Origin: a virus
Length of the DNA stretch: 64,000 nt
Reading direction: 5' to 3' (one strand)
Virus record (IMG/VR): IMGVR_UViG_3300010157_000059
Coordinates: 1-64,000 of that record
Shown in pieces: positions 9,451-19,017 of this stretch (the stretch's first letter is position 1; each line of letters starts with the position of its first letter). The notes under the pieces were generated by a model. That model saw only the letters and a list, made by a program, of their open reading frames with translations, made no database searches and was not told where the DNA came from. A program made the translations under genes and the position numbers.

Positions 9451-9759
9451 ATGGCTCTTGACCATATCCCAGTACAGCCCGCTTCTGGTAAAAGTGTACT
9501 ATTCACTGTTCCAAAGGGTACTCCACAGTGCCAAGTTACCATCCAAAATAGAAGTGCAACCATTGATATTGCTATTGGTGACGACACTATTGGTGCAGTG
9601 ACTGGCGCTAACGCTGGTATTAAGATAGCGGCTGGTGGACAACTTCAGTTATTCTTAAACAGTGAAGATATTGTGTATGCTTACTCAGGTTCTGCATTTA
9701 CTACAGAATATGTAGTTGTTTTGTTTTCATACGTACCCACGTGGGATGGGCGTAAATAA
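9451..9759 (+). CDS. Small beta-sandwich virion protein
   Basis: VTIQN...IAIG...GIKI..G pattern; RBS present. Confidence 0.5.
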   Translation: MALDHIPVQPASGKSVLFTVPKGTPQCQVTIQNRSATIDIAIGDDTIGAVTGANAGIKIAAGGQLQLFLNSEDIVYAYSGSAFTTEYVVVLFSYVPTWDGRK

Positions 9760-9764
9760 CAGGT

Positions 9765-9959
9765 ATGAAGCCTAAAAGTTCTCAGATTCGCATAGACGGT
9801 CAGACCCATAGAGTATATAAAAAAGGTTCTGACATATATGTGGATCATGTTGAAAAGCATGGTGGAGACTGGGATGTAATAAACTTGACTGATAAGTCAG
9901 GAGCAAAAACGATTTTACAGGGTGTAAAAGCGGTAAAAGATTGGCACGAGGAGCATTAA
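9765..9959 (+). CDS. Hypothetical protein
   Basis: 64-aa ORF filling the gap in the operon. Confidence 0.6.
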   Translation: MKPKSSQIRIDGQTHRVYKKGSDIYVDHVEKHGGDWDVINLTDKSGAKTILQGVKAVKDWHEEH

Positions 9960-10076
9960 ATGTGTGCAACATGTGGCTGTGGAGCCCCAAAAAACAAGCA
10001 CGGCGAAAAGACCCTAGCGGCTGCTAACAAGAAGTTCGCTAAGAAAACTACTACAAAGAAAGCTGGTAAGAAGTAA
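9960..10076 (+). CDS. Cys/Lys-rich microprotein, 38 aa (not in ORF track)
   Basis: MCATCGCGAPKNKHGEKTLAAANKKFAKKTTTKKAGKK; GAGGAG RBS. Confidence 0.7.
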   Translation: MCATCGCGAPKNKHGEKTLAAANKKFAKKTTTKKAGKK

Positions 10077-10216
10077 TGTGTAAAAAGTGTAAAAAAGCTA
10101 AGTGCGTATGCAAGAACAGCAAGTGCACAAATTGTGGAAAAGCCAGTTGCTCTTGCAGCAAGAAGGCTCCAGCTAAGAAGGCAGTAGCCAAGAAGGCTCC
10201 AGCTAAAAAGAAATAA
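10076..10216 (+). CDS. Metallothionein-like microprotein with histone-like tail, 46 aa (not in ORF track)
   Basis: MCKKCKKAKCVCKNSKCTNCGKASCSCSKKAPAKKAVAKKAPAKKK; TAATG coupling. Confidence 0.7.
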   Translation: MCKKCKKAKCVCKNSKCTNCGKASCSCSKKAPAKKAVAKKAPAKKK

Positions 10217-10241
10217 GTTAAGCAGGATTATTTAATAGTTT

Positions 10242-10308
10242 GGCAGTACATTCATAGTGACGCCGGATTTATCCGGAACCTGCTGAAGTACTGCCCCTCA
10301 AGAAGAGG
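10242..10308 (+). ncRNA. Putative structured RNA leader
   Basis: GGCAGTAC/GTACTGCC outer stem, CCGGAT/ATCCGG inner hairpin, CCTC/GAGG hairpin over the RBS. Confidence 0.45.
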
Positions 10309-10316
10309 ATTTTGCG

Positions 10317-10472
10317 ATGTTAAATCTAGCCGAGCGCTTAGCTCGTATGGAAAGTGATGCCGACCGCCGAGAGTTTCTCGTTGGTTTGCGAGGCACTGAC
10401 CGAGTAAATCTTTTGTCTTTAGCAGCAGGTTGGGTTGGTACGTCCTTGCTGTTAAAGGCGATAAAAAAGTGA
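10317..10472 (+). CDS. Small hypothetical protein, 51 aa (not in ORF track)
   Basis: MLNLAERLARMESDADRREFLVGLRGTDRVNLLSLAAGWVGTSLLLKAIKK; GAGGA RBS; GTGA overlap with the next gene. Confidence 0.65.
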   Translation: MLNLAERLARMESDADRREFLVGLRGTDRVNLLSLAAGWVGTSLLLKAIKK

Positions 10473-10798
10473 CTGACATTCCAAAATTAGCAGCTAATTT
10501 TAAAGCTACAGGTGACTGGTCAGAAAGAAAATTGACCGCTAGACTTCGACGCCATGCCTATGAAAGTGGCTGGCCAGTAGAACTAGGGCACGCTTTAGAG
10601 GTAAAGCATAATGACAGTGGCGATTTTAACATTCAGTACCCTGAACACTTAGAAGGTCAGATTCTTGGCATTGAGTACGGAAACCAAGAGGTAGTTCAAA
10701 ATCCTGCCATGCTAAGAGTAAGTAATCGCTCTGACGATATATTTGATGAGCACTTATCTCGTATCTCCACCGCACTGAGTGAGGTGAAGTATATCTAA
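10469..10798 (+). CDS. Putative neck/tail-completion protein
   Basis: IEYG motif; likely GTG start at 10469 via GTGA overlap. Confidence 0.5.
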   Translation: MTDIPKLAANFKATGDWSERKLTARLRRHAYESGWPVELGHALEVKHNDSGDFNIQYPEHLEGQILGIEYGNQEVVQNPAMLRVSNRSDDIFDEHLSRISTALSEVKYI

Positions 10799-11391
10799 TG
10801 CCATTTTTACTTAGTGAAGATAAAGCTTTAAAAACACTTTTAAAAAGCAGAGTTGCAGTAACAGACTCTAAGAATAACCTACGTACTGTAGGTGTATGGT
10901 TTGGTCAACCAGATGTTGAAATCCGCGACCAGTCTTACCCATACATGACTATTGAGTTATCTGACATTTCTCACGCTAAAGATCGTCAGCACAGCGGAGT
11001 TACAGAACTTAACTACATCCCTGAAGCAAAAGACCTTAATGGAAATATACTTACAGCGTCTGCTAAAAGATGGACTGAGAGCCCTACTCCAGTAAATCTT
11101 GACTACCAAATTGTTTCTTACTGCCGTCAGCCATTGCATGATCGCCAGATCTTGTCAACAGTGCTAACGGACCTATTGCCGTTTAGATTCGGCATGCTAG
11201 AGATTCCAGAAGACAATACTGCCCGCAGAATTGAACTTCTTGGATACGCCAAAAGAGATACGACTGAGCAAGGGAAAAGGCTGTTTGTTAATGTCTTTTC
11301 CATTAGAGTTAATGCTGAGCTCTTTAGTACTGGAATTGTTCAGGAACTAAACTCTATTGGCAATATTAAATATTCGAGTGAAAATTTATAG
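10798..11391 (+). CDS. Putative tail terminator protein
   Basis: YPYMTIEL and PVNLDYQI motifs; immediately upstream of the sheath gene. Confidence 0.6.
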   Translation: MPFLLSEDKALKTLLKSRVAVTDSKNNLRTVGVWFGQPDVEIRDQSYPYMTIELSDISHAKDRQHSGVTELNYIPEAKDLNGNILTASAKRWTESPTPVNLDYQIVSYCRQPLHDRQILSTVLTDLLPFRFGMLEIPEDNTARRIELLGYAKRDTTEQGKRLFVNVFSIRVNAELFSTGIVQELNSIGNIKYSSENL

Positions 11392-11464
11392 CAGCAGCAA
11401 TGTTGTACCGCGCATAATTCCTAAACCTAAGATTAAAACACAACTATTAACTTAAGGAGTTAAA

Positions 11465-13603
11465 ATGGCTTCATTAGGCCGTCCTGGTGTATACATCCAG
11501 GAAACAACTGTGCAGCAGACGACCCCGTTAACGGCTCGTACTGATGCAATTGCTGCTTTCGTAGGCAGTACTGCAAGAGGACCACTTACCCCAGGTATTG
11601 TTTCTTCTTGGTCAGACTTTGTAAAAGCATACGGTGGCTTGGATTACAACTACCCAACAACTGTTGCTGCTTACATGTTCTTTTCAAATGGTGGTCGTGA
11701 CGCATACGTACGTCGTGTAGTTGCCACTGACTCAGCTGTCGCTTCAAGAACCCTAAAGCAGGCAGACGGTAGCACGGATGCCGTAACAGTAAAGGCAACT
11801 AACGCAGGTGCTTGGGGAAACGCTCTAAGTGTTCAGGTTACTTCTTCTGATGTTACTTCAAAGAAGTTTAGCCTTGCAGTGTTTGGTGCTCCACTATCCA
11901 TTTCTGGAGGTAGCGGAACGTCTAACCTTCTAGAGCAGTTTAATGATTTGAGTTTGGATTCAACAAACCCTCGTTATGCGCTTGCAATTGTTAACACATT
12001 CTCAAACTACATCTCACTTACTGCAGTTTCAGGTAATACAACGTTTATTCCTCCGGCATACTCAGCTGTAGTAGCTCAGTTATCAAGTGGATCTGATGGT
12101 TCAGCTGTTGCTGGCACAGACATTACGTTAGCCCTTTCAGACTTTGACGTAGTTAATGCCCCTATGCTGTTCAATGCCCCAGATATTGCTACTCTTGCTA
12201 GCGCATCAGCAACAAAGTCAGCAGCTATTACTGCTCAGGCTGCATTGCTACGTTACGCTGAAGCTCGTGGAGATGGATTTGTTATTGTAGACACTCCTTC
12301 AGGCCTAAGCGCATTTGACGCTCAGACTTACGCAAGCGATGTATACAATGCTGCAACTGCTGCTTCTTCTACAGTTTCTTCATTCACAGTATCTGCTGCC
12401 GCTCCAAGCACTCCATCTGCTGGTTCGGTTACCTACACAACTGGTACTACCCCGCATAACTTCATTGCTGGTCAGACAGTAACTCTTGCTGGTATGACTA
12501 ACTCTGCAAACATTACAGGTACTGCTGCATCAGTAGTTCGCCCAGGCTACCAGGGAGCTACTCAGGTTGCAGGCTTTGTAACTATTACAACTGGCGCTGC
12601 CCATGGCTTCAAGAATAACGATACGGTAGTAGTTTCAGGTATTACAAATACTGCAGATGGAAACTCAACAGGAACCTCCGCATACAACGGTACTTACACA
12701 ATCACTGTTGTTGATACTACTAACTTCTACTTTGCTAACGCAAACACTGGAACAGTTACAACTTTGACATCTGCAAAGGCAATTAGCCAAGGTTACTCAG
12801 GTAAGTTCACAATTACTTCGGTGCCTACAACTGTAACCTTTGTAACAAGTAACACTGAGAGTGGAACCGCTATCCTTTCAAGTGCTAGCGCTTCCGTAAC
12901 CAATACTTGGACTACAAGTACTGCTAGTGGCGCTAACGCGGCTATCTACTACCCATGGATTGCAATTCCAGATACAAGCAAGTCAGTTCCTGGTGTTACC
13001 AAAAATGTTGCTCCTGGTGGCGCTATCCTAGGCGTTTACCAAGATACCGATGCTTCTCGTGGCGTATTTAAGTCCCCTGCAGGTTATTCAGCAAACATTA
13101 ACATTGCTGTGGATCTTGAATACGATACTACAGGCAAGCCACGTCGCTTGACTAATGATCAATTGGATACGCTAAACACTGCAGCCTATCCAGTTAACCC
13201 AATTCGTGTTGCCCCTGGTGCAGGTATTGTGGTTATGGGTGCCCGCACACTTAACAACGTATCTCCTAACCGCTACGTCAACATGCGTCGAAGCATGATT
13301 TACATCAAGAAGCAAATTGAACTTCGTTCCCAGTTTGCAGTATTTGAGAACAATGATGAATGGTTGTGGCGCCAATTGCGTTCAAGCCTCAGCAACTTCT
13401 TGAATATGTACTGGCAGCAAGGTGGCCTTCGTGGTGCAACTCCTGAGCAAGCTTTCTATGTCAAGTGTGACGGCGTGACAACTGGCGATGTTGACATTGC
13501 CAATGGTCAGGTTAACATTCAGGTTGGTGTGGCTCTTGAGTACCCTGCCGAGTTTGTTGTTATCAATATTGGTCAGCTAACCGGTAGCGCGACCGCGTTC
13601 TAA
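11465..13603 (+). CDS. Tail sheath protein
   Basis: RPGVYIQE, AFVG...RGP, YYPWI, RGVFKSPAG, GARTL, RYVNMRR, FAVFENN, PAEFV motifs. Confidence 0.95.
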   Translation: MASLGRPGVYIQETTVQQTTPLTARTDAIAAFVGSTARGPLTPGIVSSWSDFVKAYGGLDYNYPTTVAAYMFFSNGGRDAYVRRVVATDSAVASRTLKQADGSTDAVTVKATNAGAWGNALSVQVTSSDVTSKKFSLAVFGAPLSISGGSGTSNLLEQFNDLSLDSTNPRYALAIVNTFSNYISLTAVSGNTTFIPPAYSAVVAQLSSGSDGSAVAGTDITLALSDFDVVNAPMLFNAPDIATLASASATKSAAITAQAALLRYAEARGDGFVIVDTPSGLSAFDAQTYASDVYNAATAASSTVSSFTVSAAAPSTPSAGSVTYTTGTTPHNFIAGQTVTLAGMTNSANITGTAASVVRPGYQGATQVAGFVTITTGAAHGFKNNDTVVVSGITNTADGNSTGTSAYNGTYTITVVDTTNFYFANANTGTVTTLTSAKAISQGYSGKFTITSVPTTVTFVTSNTESGTAILSSASASVTNTWTTSTASGANAAIYYPWIAIPDTSKSVPGVTKNVAPGGAILGVYQDTDASRGVFKSPAGYSANINIAVDLEYDTTGKPRRLTNDQLDTLNTAAYPVNPIRVAPGAGIVVMGARTLNNVSPNRYVNMRRSMIYIKKQIELRSQFAVFENNDEWLWRQLRSSLSNFLNMYWQQGGLRGATPEQAFYVKCDGVTTGDVDIANGQVNIQVGVALEYPAEFVVINIGQLTGSATAF

Positions 13604-13619
13604 TTAAGGAGAATATACA

Positions 13620-14282
13620 ATGTTAACATCCCCAGGTGGACCCGGAAGTGGCGGTAACGCTTCAGGCGCTTCCAGCGTAAACATTTTTCCTTTCAGTAGC
13701 GTAGCTACGGACCCAATCCGTAACTTTAGGTTCTTGGTAGAATTTCTACCTCATGACCAAACGTCGACTGCTAAGGTTAAATTTAAGAAGACTCTAGGCT
13801 TTACTAACGTGTCAGGTTTTGGCATGCAGGTAGACCCTATTGCCTATCGTGAAGGCGGATACAACACCGCTGTTCACCAGTTGCCAGGTCAGACCACTTT
13901 TGAGCCAATTAACTTTACAAGAGGTCAGACTCTAGGCAGCACCCAAAATAGCGACTGGATGCGTCAGTTGTTCTCGGTTATCTCAGGCCGCGCCCAAGCG
14001 GGTGCCGGACATGACTTCCGCTGTAACATTGATGTGTCGGTACTAAGTCATCCAAACCCTGCGGGTACCACTGCAGAAAATGGGGCAGCTGCTAAGAACC
14101 CATGGGAACTTCACGTTTCTATGCGTTTCCGTATCTACAATGCGTGGATTCAGAGACTGGTTTACGGCGATCTTCAGGCAGCAGGCAGCCTAATGGTTGA
14201 AGGCATGACAGTAGTACACGAAGGCTTTGACGTTAACTACGCTAACGATTACAAGACTTCAGCCGCAACATTCACGATCTAA
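13620..14282 (+). CDS. Tail tube protein (T4 gp19-like)
   Basis: DPIRNFRFLVE, GF..VSG, YREGG, LPG....I...RG, YNAW motifs; follows the sheath gene. Confidence 0.9.
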   Translation: MLTSPGGPGSGGNASGASSVNIFPFSSVATDPIRNFRFLVEFLPHDQTSTAKVKFKKTLGFTNVSGFGMQVDPIAYREGGYNTAVHQLPGQTTFEPINFTRGQTLGSTQNSDWMRQLFSVISGRAQAGAGHDFRCNIDVSVLSHPNPAGTTAENGAAAKNPWELHVSMRFRIYNAWIQRLVYGDLQAAGSLMVEGMTVVHEGFDVNYANDYKTSAATFTI

Positions 14283-14307
14283 AACCTAAATTAAGAGGGA
14301 ACACAAT

Positions 14308-15156
14308 ATGTCAACTGAAACCGTAAGTGCACTCGATAACCCTGAACTAGCTGCACAGTTAGCTCAGGCCGCCATAGCAATGTCTAACTCCGTAGAGGAG
14401 GAGGAGACACAGGCTTCGCCTGTGGATGGTCCTGTAGAGATCACTCCTCCTCCTTCCGGAGATGTCAAGCTACTAGCGGGAATCTACAACTCCTTTAATG
14501 GGGAACTTGTAGATACCGCGGAAATCCGCGAACTGACTGGGGTAGATGAAGAAGCTATTGCAAAGATCAACGACTATGGTCGTAGTCTTATGGCAATTCT
14601 TGATCGTGCAACAGTCAAAATTGGAGAAGAAAAGGCAACCCCAGCAGTACTAGATCGTCTCCTAGCCGGAGATCGTGAATATTTAATTATTCAGATTCGA
14701 ATTGCTACTTTTGGAAATGAGCTTGCTCTAAAGGCCAAATGTGCAGATTGTAATGAAATTTACGATTTTACAATTGATTTGAATACTGATGTACCAATTA
14801 ATCGTTTTGAAGACCCAATCTCGGATAGATCAATTGTGGTTAATTGTAAGGTAGGCGAGGTACTTGTAGAGTTCCCTAATGGAGCTGTACAACGCAAGCT
14901 AATTAATCTTCAAGACCGTACTGCAGCCGAAATGGATACCGTACTTCTTAAAGAGTGCATCATTGAAATTAATGATCAGCCAGTAATTAGTGTGGATCAG
15001 GTTAAAAACTTGGGTATGCAAGATCGTCGTAAGATTTTAGCTGAACTCTCAGATAAAAACCCAGGACCAGATCTTTCCAAGTTGGTTAAAGATTGCCCTT
15101 CTTGTGGGCTGGAGGTACCACTTCCGCTTACCCTAGCGGATCTGTTTCTTCTTTAA
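14308..15156 (+). CDS. Tail assembly chaperone (G form)
   Basis: RELTG.DEE, two CxxC pairs, located between tube and tape measure. Confidence 0.7.
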   Translation: MSTETVSALDNPELAAQLAQAAIAMSNSVEEEETQASPVDGPVEITPPPSGDVKLLAGIYNSFNGELVDTAEIRELTGVDEEAIAKINDYGRSLMAILDRATVKIGEEKATPAVLDRLLAGDREYLIIQIRIATFGNELALKAKCADCNEIYDFTIDLNTDVPINRFEDPISDRSIVVNCKVGEVLVEFPNGAVQRKLINLQDRTAAEMDTVLLKECIIEINDQPVISVDQVKNLGMQDRRKILAELSDKNPGPDLSKLVKDCPSCGLEVPLPLTLADLFLL

Positions 15157-15313
15157 TAGAAAAGAACAATACGAGTACTTGTTATTTTCATATGAAATAA
15201 TAAGTAAGTATTTTCCCGGATGGGGCTTAATGGAAATTAAGTCTTTAAGCCGCCGGGAGAGGGAAATTTGGTTAAAGCTAGCTTTGCTTAGATTAGGACA
15301 TGGAGTTAAATAA
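15137..15313 (+). CDS. Tail assembly chaperone extension (T part), probably reached by +1 frameshift
   Basis: +1 frame open 15137-15313: FNRKEQYEYLLFSYEIISKYFPGWGLMEIKSLSRREREIWLKLALLRLGHGVK; its stop overlaps the tape measure ATG. Confidence 0.6.
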   Translation, partial: RICFFFNRKEQYEYLLFSYEIISKYFPGWGLMEIKSLSRREREIWLKLALLRLGHGVK

Positions 15314-18300
15314 TGGCACTCAATGAAAATTTGCCTAAAGCTACCTCCCCTAATAGCATGACGGCCCCTACCCGTCCATCTCAAGAAATTGAGCGTGTAG
15401 ACAAGCTGTACGACAGCATCCTAATGAAGGTTACAAAGATGGAGACATCTTTGAAAAAATCTGCTGAGTACATGCAACAGATGGGTGGGGGCAAAGATTC
15501 TAATGTAAATATTGGCTCAAATAGTAACGTTTTTAGTAAAGTAAATGACGTTACTAATGCCACTATGGAGCAACTTAATAAGATAGTTCCTCCTGGCGAA
15601 GGACCTTCTGGTTGGGACAGATTTAAAGCTGGGGTATCTAGCACTGCATACTATGCAGCTGCAATGATGCCTAATACTCTTGATGCAGTAACTCAAAGAA
15701 TTAGCACTCAGGGTGTTGCTTCTATGATTGGGCGAGATCCTAACGCTCTTATTCGCCAAAGCAACCAGTTGCTCAAAGGTGGCATGACTGGTCCTTACTC
15801 TGCCCAAACTTCTACAGCTATTCTAGCCAGCCAGGGCATTATCCCAACTATGGGTTCATACGGAAACATTATGAACCAAGTTGGTGGTCTAAGCGTCCTT
15901 ACCGGTATGAGCAATGAGCAAACAGCTTCGGGTATGGGCGGCATTAATGGCATGAACTTCCTAAGAATGGGAATTAATGCTCGTAATGCAAATGGGAGCT
16001 TAAGAGACCCTGCCTCTCTTTCTAGTGACCTTTACAAACGCATGTTTGGGGCCAAGAATATTACGGCTGAACAAGCTGCGCAGGTCTTTAATAGAAATTC
16101 CCGTTCTTACCAAGATATTGCTATGGCTGCCGGTGGCGACGAAAACTTGATGGCAACTCTTCAGAATACTATCTATTATCAAGCTAGAAATGGCGGGAAA
16201 AAACTAGATCTTAATGCTGAGAATGTTAAGAATAATATTCTTAAACTGCCTAAAGATGATCCTATGCGGGCTATGTACCACTACCAGGGCTCTGAAGCTA
16301 ACAAGCTGGAAGCAACTGGTACAGGTCTTGTAGGCGGCTACAGCGGTGCTTTGAACTCTACGGCAACTGTGAATGACCAATTTGCTAAACTTGCAAGAAT
16401 TCTACCAGCATTGACTACCGCATTTGGTAACCTAAAAGGATTCTTAGACACTTTACCTACTGCCGGTAATACTGGTGCCGCTATGTATGGGGGCATCTCC
16501 CAGGTTGCTCAAAAATTCCTTGATGGTAAGTCGGCGCAGTTTACATCTAAAGCTTTAGATAAACTCTTTGGAACAAACACCTCAGGGCAAGGACAGCCAG
16601 GAGTATCAAACCAGTTAGCAATAACATCAGGGCCAGGCCAACTGGCAATAACAGCAGGTCCACACCAGGCCGCAAATACTCCTATGGGAGCGGCTACAAA
16701 CGTTGCTAATCAACTTGCAGATAAAGGCCTACACGCTATGTGGGGCAAACTTACTGGTAAAGAAGGCCAAAGCAGCCTTATGCAAGATATTAAAAAATCT
16801 GGCGGTATGAAAGCATGGGGTAAAAACCTTTTTTCGGCAGTTAAAGATGCAACTGTAGGGTACGCAAAAGGTGGAGTTAAAGGCGCAGTTACGGCTGCCG
16901 CTAAAGATTTAGCACCTAAACTTGGACGAGCAGTAATGTCTGCAGGAGATGCTGCATTTGGGTACGGAGATCAAACTCAAACGGGTGGTTGGTCAAACCA
17001 AACCTCTATGCAGCCAATTGCAGGAGTTGCAGGACCTTATGAGCCTAGCGGACCTTCTCAGGGTAGTGCTATTCAGTATCCGGAGGATTACCCAGGGGCG
17101 TACCGAGGAGATCCTAACGACCCATCAAAAGTTACTTGGGTTCCCGGAAGTGTTCAAGACCCTGTAACAGGTAAATTTGTCAGTAACATGGAAGCTCGCA
17201 ATGCTTGGCTTGCCAGCCAAGGGCAAAAGCAGGGTGGAGACAGTGGGGGAGGCAGTAACACTCTTCTTGCACCAGGCAGTATGAAGAACCTCCTTACTAA
17301 AGGTCGATCCTTTATGAAAAGCCCAATGGGCAAAATGGCTGGAAGAGTTGCTTTAGGTGCGGCAACTGTTATGGCTACAAACTGGGCCGTGCCTAAACTT
17401 CGTGCATGGGGTGCCAAGCATGGTATTAAAGACCATAGTTTAAAAGATAATATAGGTACTACAGCGGCATACATGGGCGGATATGCTGCGGCTGGAGCAA
17501 TGGTAGCTGGGCCAGCTGGAGCAGTAGTAGGGGCTTTAGCAGGACTTGCTAGAGGTCTTTGGTATTCAACTCATAAACCTGAAAAAGAAGAAAAGCCTAA
17601 GAAAGTTAAGCATGATAGGTGGGGTCAAATTTATGACCCTGTTACTGGTAATGCACTACTACCTATTAACCAAACTACTGGTCAATTTGACTCAGACGAA
17701 TTTGATCGTACAGGGTATGGTCAAGCAAACCCAGACCTAAAGCGTTGGCAACAAGGTGGGTATCCAACCCCAAGTACTAGCTGGCTTAATGAAGGTAAGG
17801 GCTCCTCAGAGAGTAGCCTTACAAACATTATTAAAAAGGCAGGCTTTGGGCCACGTGCTACTGACATTGCTTATGCTGTTGCAATGGCGGAATCTGGCGG
17901 TAAAGCAACCGCGCACAATACTAATAAAAAAACTGGTGACAACTCATACGGGCTATTCCAAATTAATATGATTGGAGATATGGGCCCTAACCGACGTAAA
18001 CAATTCCACCTTAAGTCCAACGATGAACTACTTGACCCCTTAACAAATGCTAAGGCCGCTTACGCTATCTCTAATAAAGGAACAAATTGGAGTCCTTGGT
18101 CTACCTACAAGACTGGCGCATATAAAAAACATTTGCACAAGTCTGGGGCTAATGACAGCACAGACCTATCTAAGTTAAAAGCCAATCAAAACAATGAGAC
18201 TAAGTCAGATCTTCCACGTAATGCTCGTGAAGCTGCACAATGGGCTATTCAACAAGTTAAGAGTGGATCAAGTGGTTGGAATAATTACTGTGAAAGATTT

Positions 18301-19017
18301 ACAGAAACTGCTTGGGGTAAACCTGGCCGTTACAAGAGTGCACTTGCTGGATGGGAAGCGGCTAAAAAAGAAGGACGTGCTTACCAAGGTAAAACTCCTC
18401 CTCCAGGAGCTATGGTGTACTGGGGTGGAGGAGAGTATGGCCACGCCGCAGTCTCTATTGGCGGTGGAAAGATTGTGTCTACTGATATCAAGCGTAAGGG
18501 CAAAGCTGATATTGTAACTATTGACTACTTAACAAAGCAGTGGAGTAAACCATACCTTGGTTGGGCAGACCCAGATAAGGGTACAAAGCTAAATGCAAGC
18601 GCATCACCTATTGACCCTGGCAGCGTCAACACGGACACCTCGGTAATAAGCGCACAGCAACACGCAAATAATGGGGATAAACCTTGGTGGAAAGATCTTG
18701 CAAATAGCGTAGGTAATTTTTTTGGTAGCAATACCAATAATAATAATAGCGCTAGTAGCTCTAACAGCAGTTCTGGTAATGAGCTAGCCACACTTTTGAA
18801 TGTTACTGGTACTGGATTTAGTGTTAACTCAGCTTCAACCTCTGCGATGTTAGGTATGGGCAGTTCTCCAAGTATGAGCGGATCAGATGGCGGGATAACT
18901 ATCAATATGAATGTTAATATTGCAAGTGCAAGTACTGGGGATGCTCAAAGACTGGCACGTCAAGTTAAAGACATTCTTCAAAGAGAACTAAGAACAGATA
19001 GCATAAGGAATTACTAA
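15313..19017 (+). CDS. Tape measure protein with lytic-transglycosylase-like and CHAP/NlpC-like peptidase domains
   Basis: 1234 aa, Ala/Gly-rich helical; AVAMAESGG...NSYGLFQIN...WSPW; NYCERF...GHAAVS...YLGW. Confidence 0.9.
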   Translation: MALNENLPKATSPNSMTAPTRPSQEIERVDKLYDSILMKVTKMETSLKKSAEYMQQMGGGKDSNVNIGSNSNVFSKVNDVTNATMEQLNKIVPPGEGPSGWDRFKAGVSSTAYYAAAMMPNTLDAVTQRISTQGVASMIGRDPNALIRQSNQLLKGGMTGPYSAQTSTAILASQGIIPTMGSYGNIMNQVGGLSVLTGMSNEQTASGMGGINGMNFLRMGINARNANGSLRDPASLSSDLYKRMFGAKNITAEQAAQVFNRNSRSYQDIAMAAGGDENLMATLQNTIYYQARNGGKKLDLNAENVKNNILKLPKDDPMRAMYHYQGSEANKLEATGTGLVGGYSGALNSTATVNDQFAKLARILPALTTAFGNLKGFLDTLPTAGNTGAAMYGGISQVAQKFLDGKSAQFTSKALDKLFGTNTSGQGQPGVSNQLAITSGPGQLAITAGPHQAANTPMGAATNVANQLADKGLHAMWGKLTGKEGQSSLMQDIKKSGGMKAWGKNLFSAVKDATVGYAKGGVKGAVTAAAKDLAPKLGRAVMSAGDAAFGYGDQTQTGGWSNQTSMQPIAGVAGPYEPSGPSQGSAIQYPEDYPGAYRGDPNDPSKVTWVPGSVQDPVTGKFVSNMEARNAWLASQGQKQGGDSGGGSNTLLAPGSMKNLLTKGRSFMKSPMGKMAGRVALGAATVMATNWAVPKLRAWGAKHGIKDHSLKDNIGTTAAYMGGYAAAGAMVAGPAGAVVGALAGLARGLWYSTHKPEKEEKPKKVKHDRWGQIYDPVTGNALLPINQTTGQFDSDEFDRTGYGQANPDLKRWQQGGYPTPSTSWLNEGKGSSESSLTNIIKKAGFGPRATDIAYAVAMAESGGKATAHNTNKKTGDNSYGLFQINMIGDMGPNRRKQFHLKSNDELLDPLTNAKAAYAISNKGTNWSPWSTYKTGAYKKHLHKSGANDSTDLSKLKANQNNETKSDLPRNAREAAQWAIQQVKSGSSGWNNYCERFTETAWGKPGRYKSALAGWEAAKKEGRAYQGKTPPPGAMVYWGGGEYGHAAVSIGGGKIVSTDIKRKGKADIVTIDYLTKQWSKPYLGWADPDKGTKLNASASPIDPGSVNTDTSVISAQQHANNGDKPWWKDLANSVGNFFGSNTNNNNSASSSNSSSGNELATLLNVTGTGFSVNSASTSAMLGMGSSPSMSGSDGGITINMNVNIASASTGDAQRLARQVKDILQRELRTDSIRNY

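Noticed and set aside
18725-18790. AAT/AGC-rich low-complexity run in the tape measure gene
   Set aside because: Encodes an Asn/Ser linker; no higher-order repeat structure
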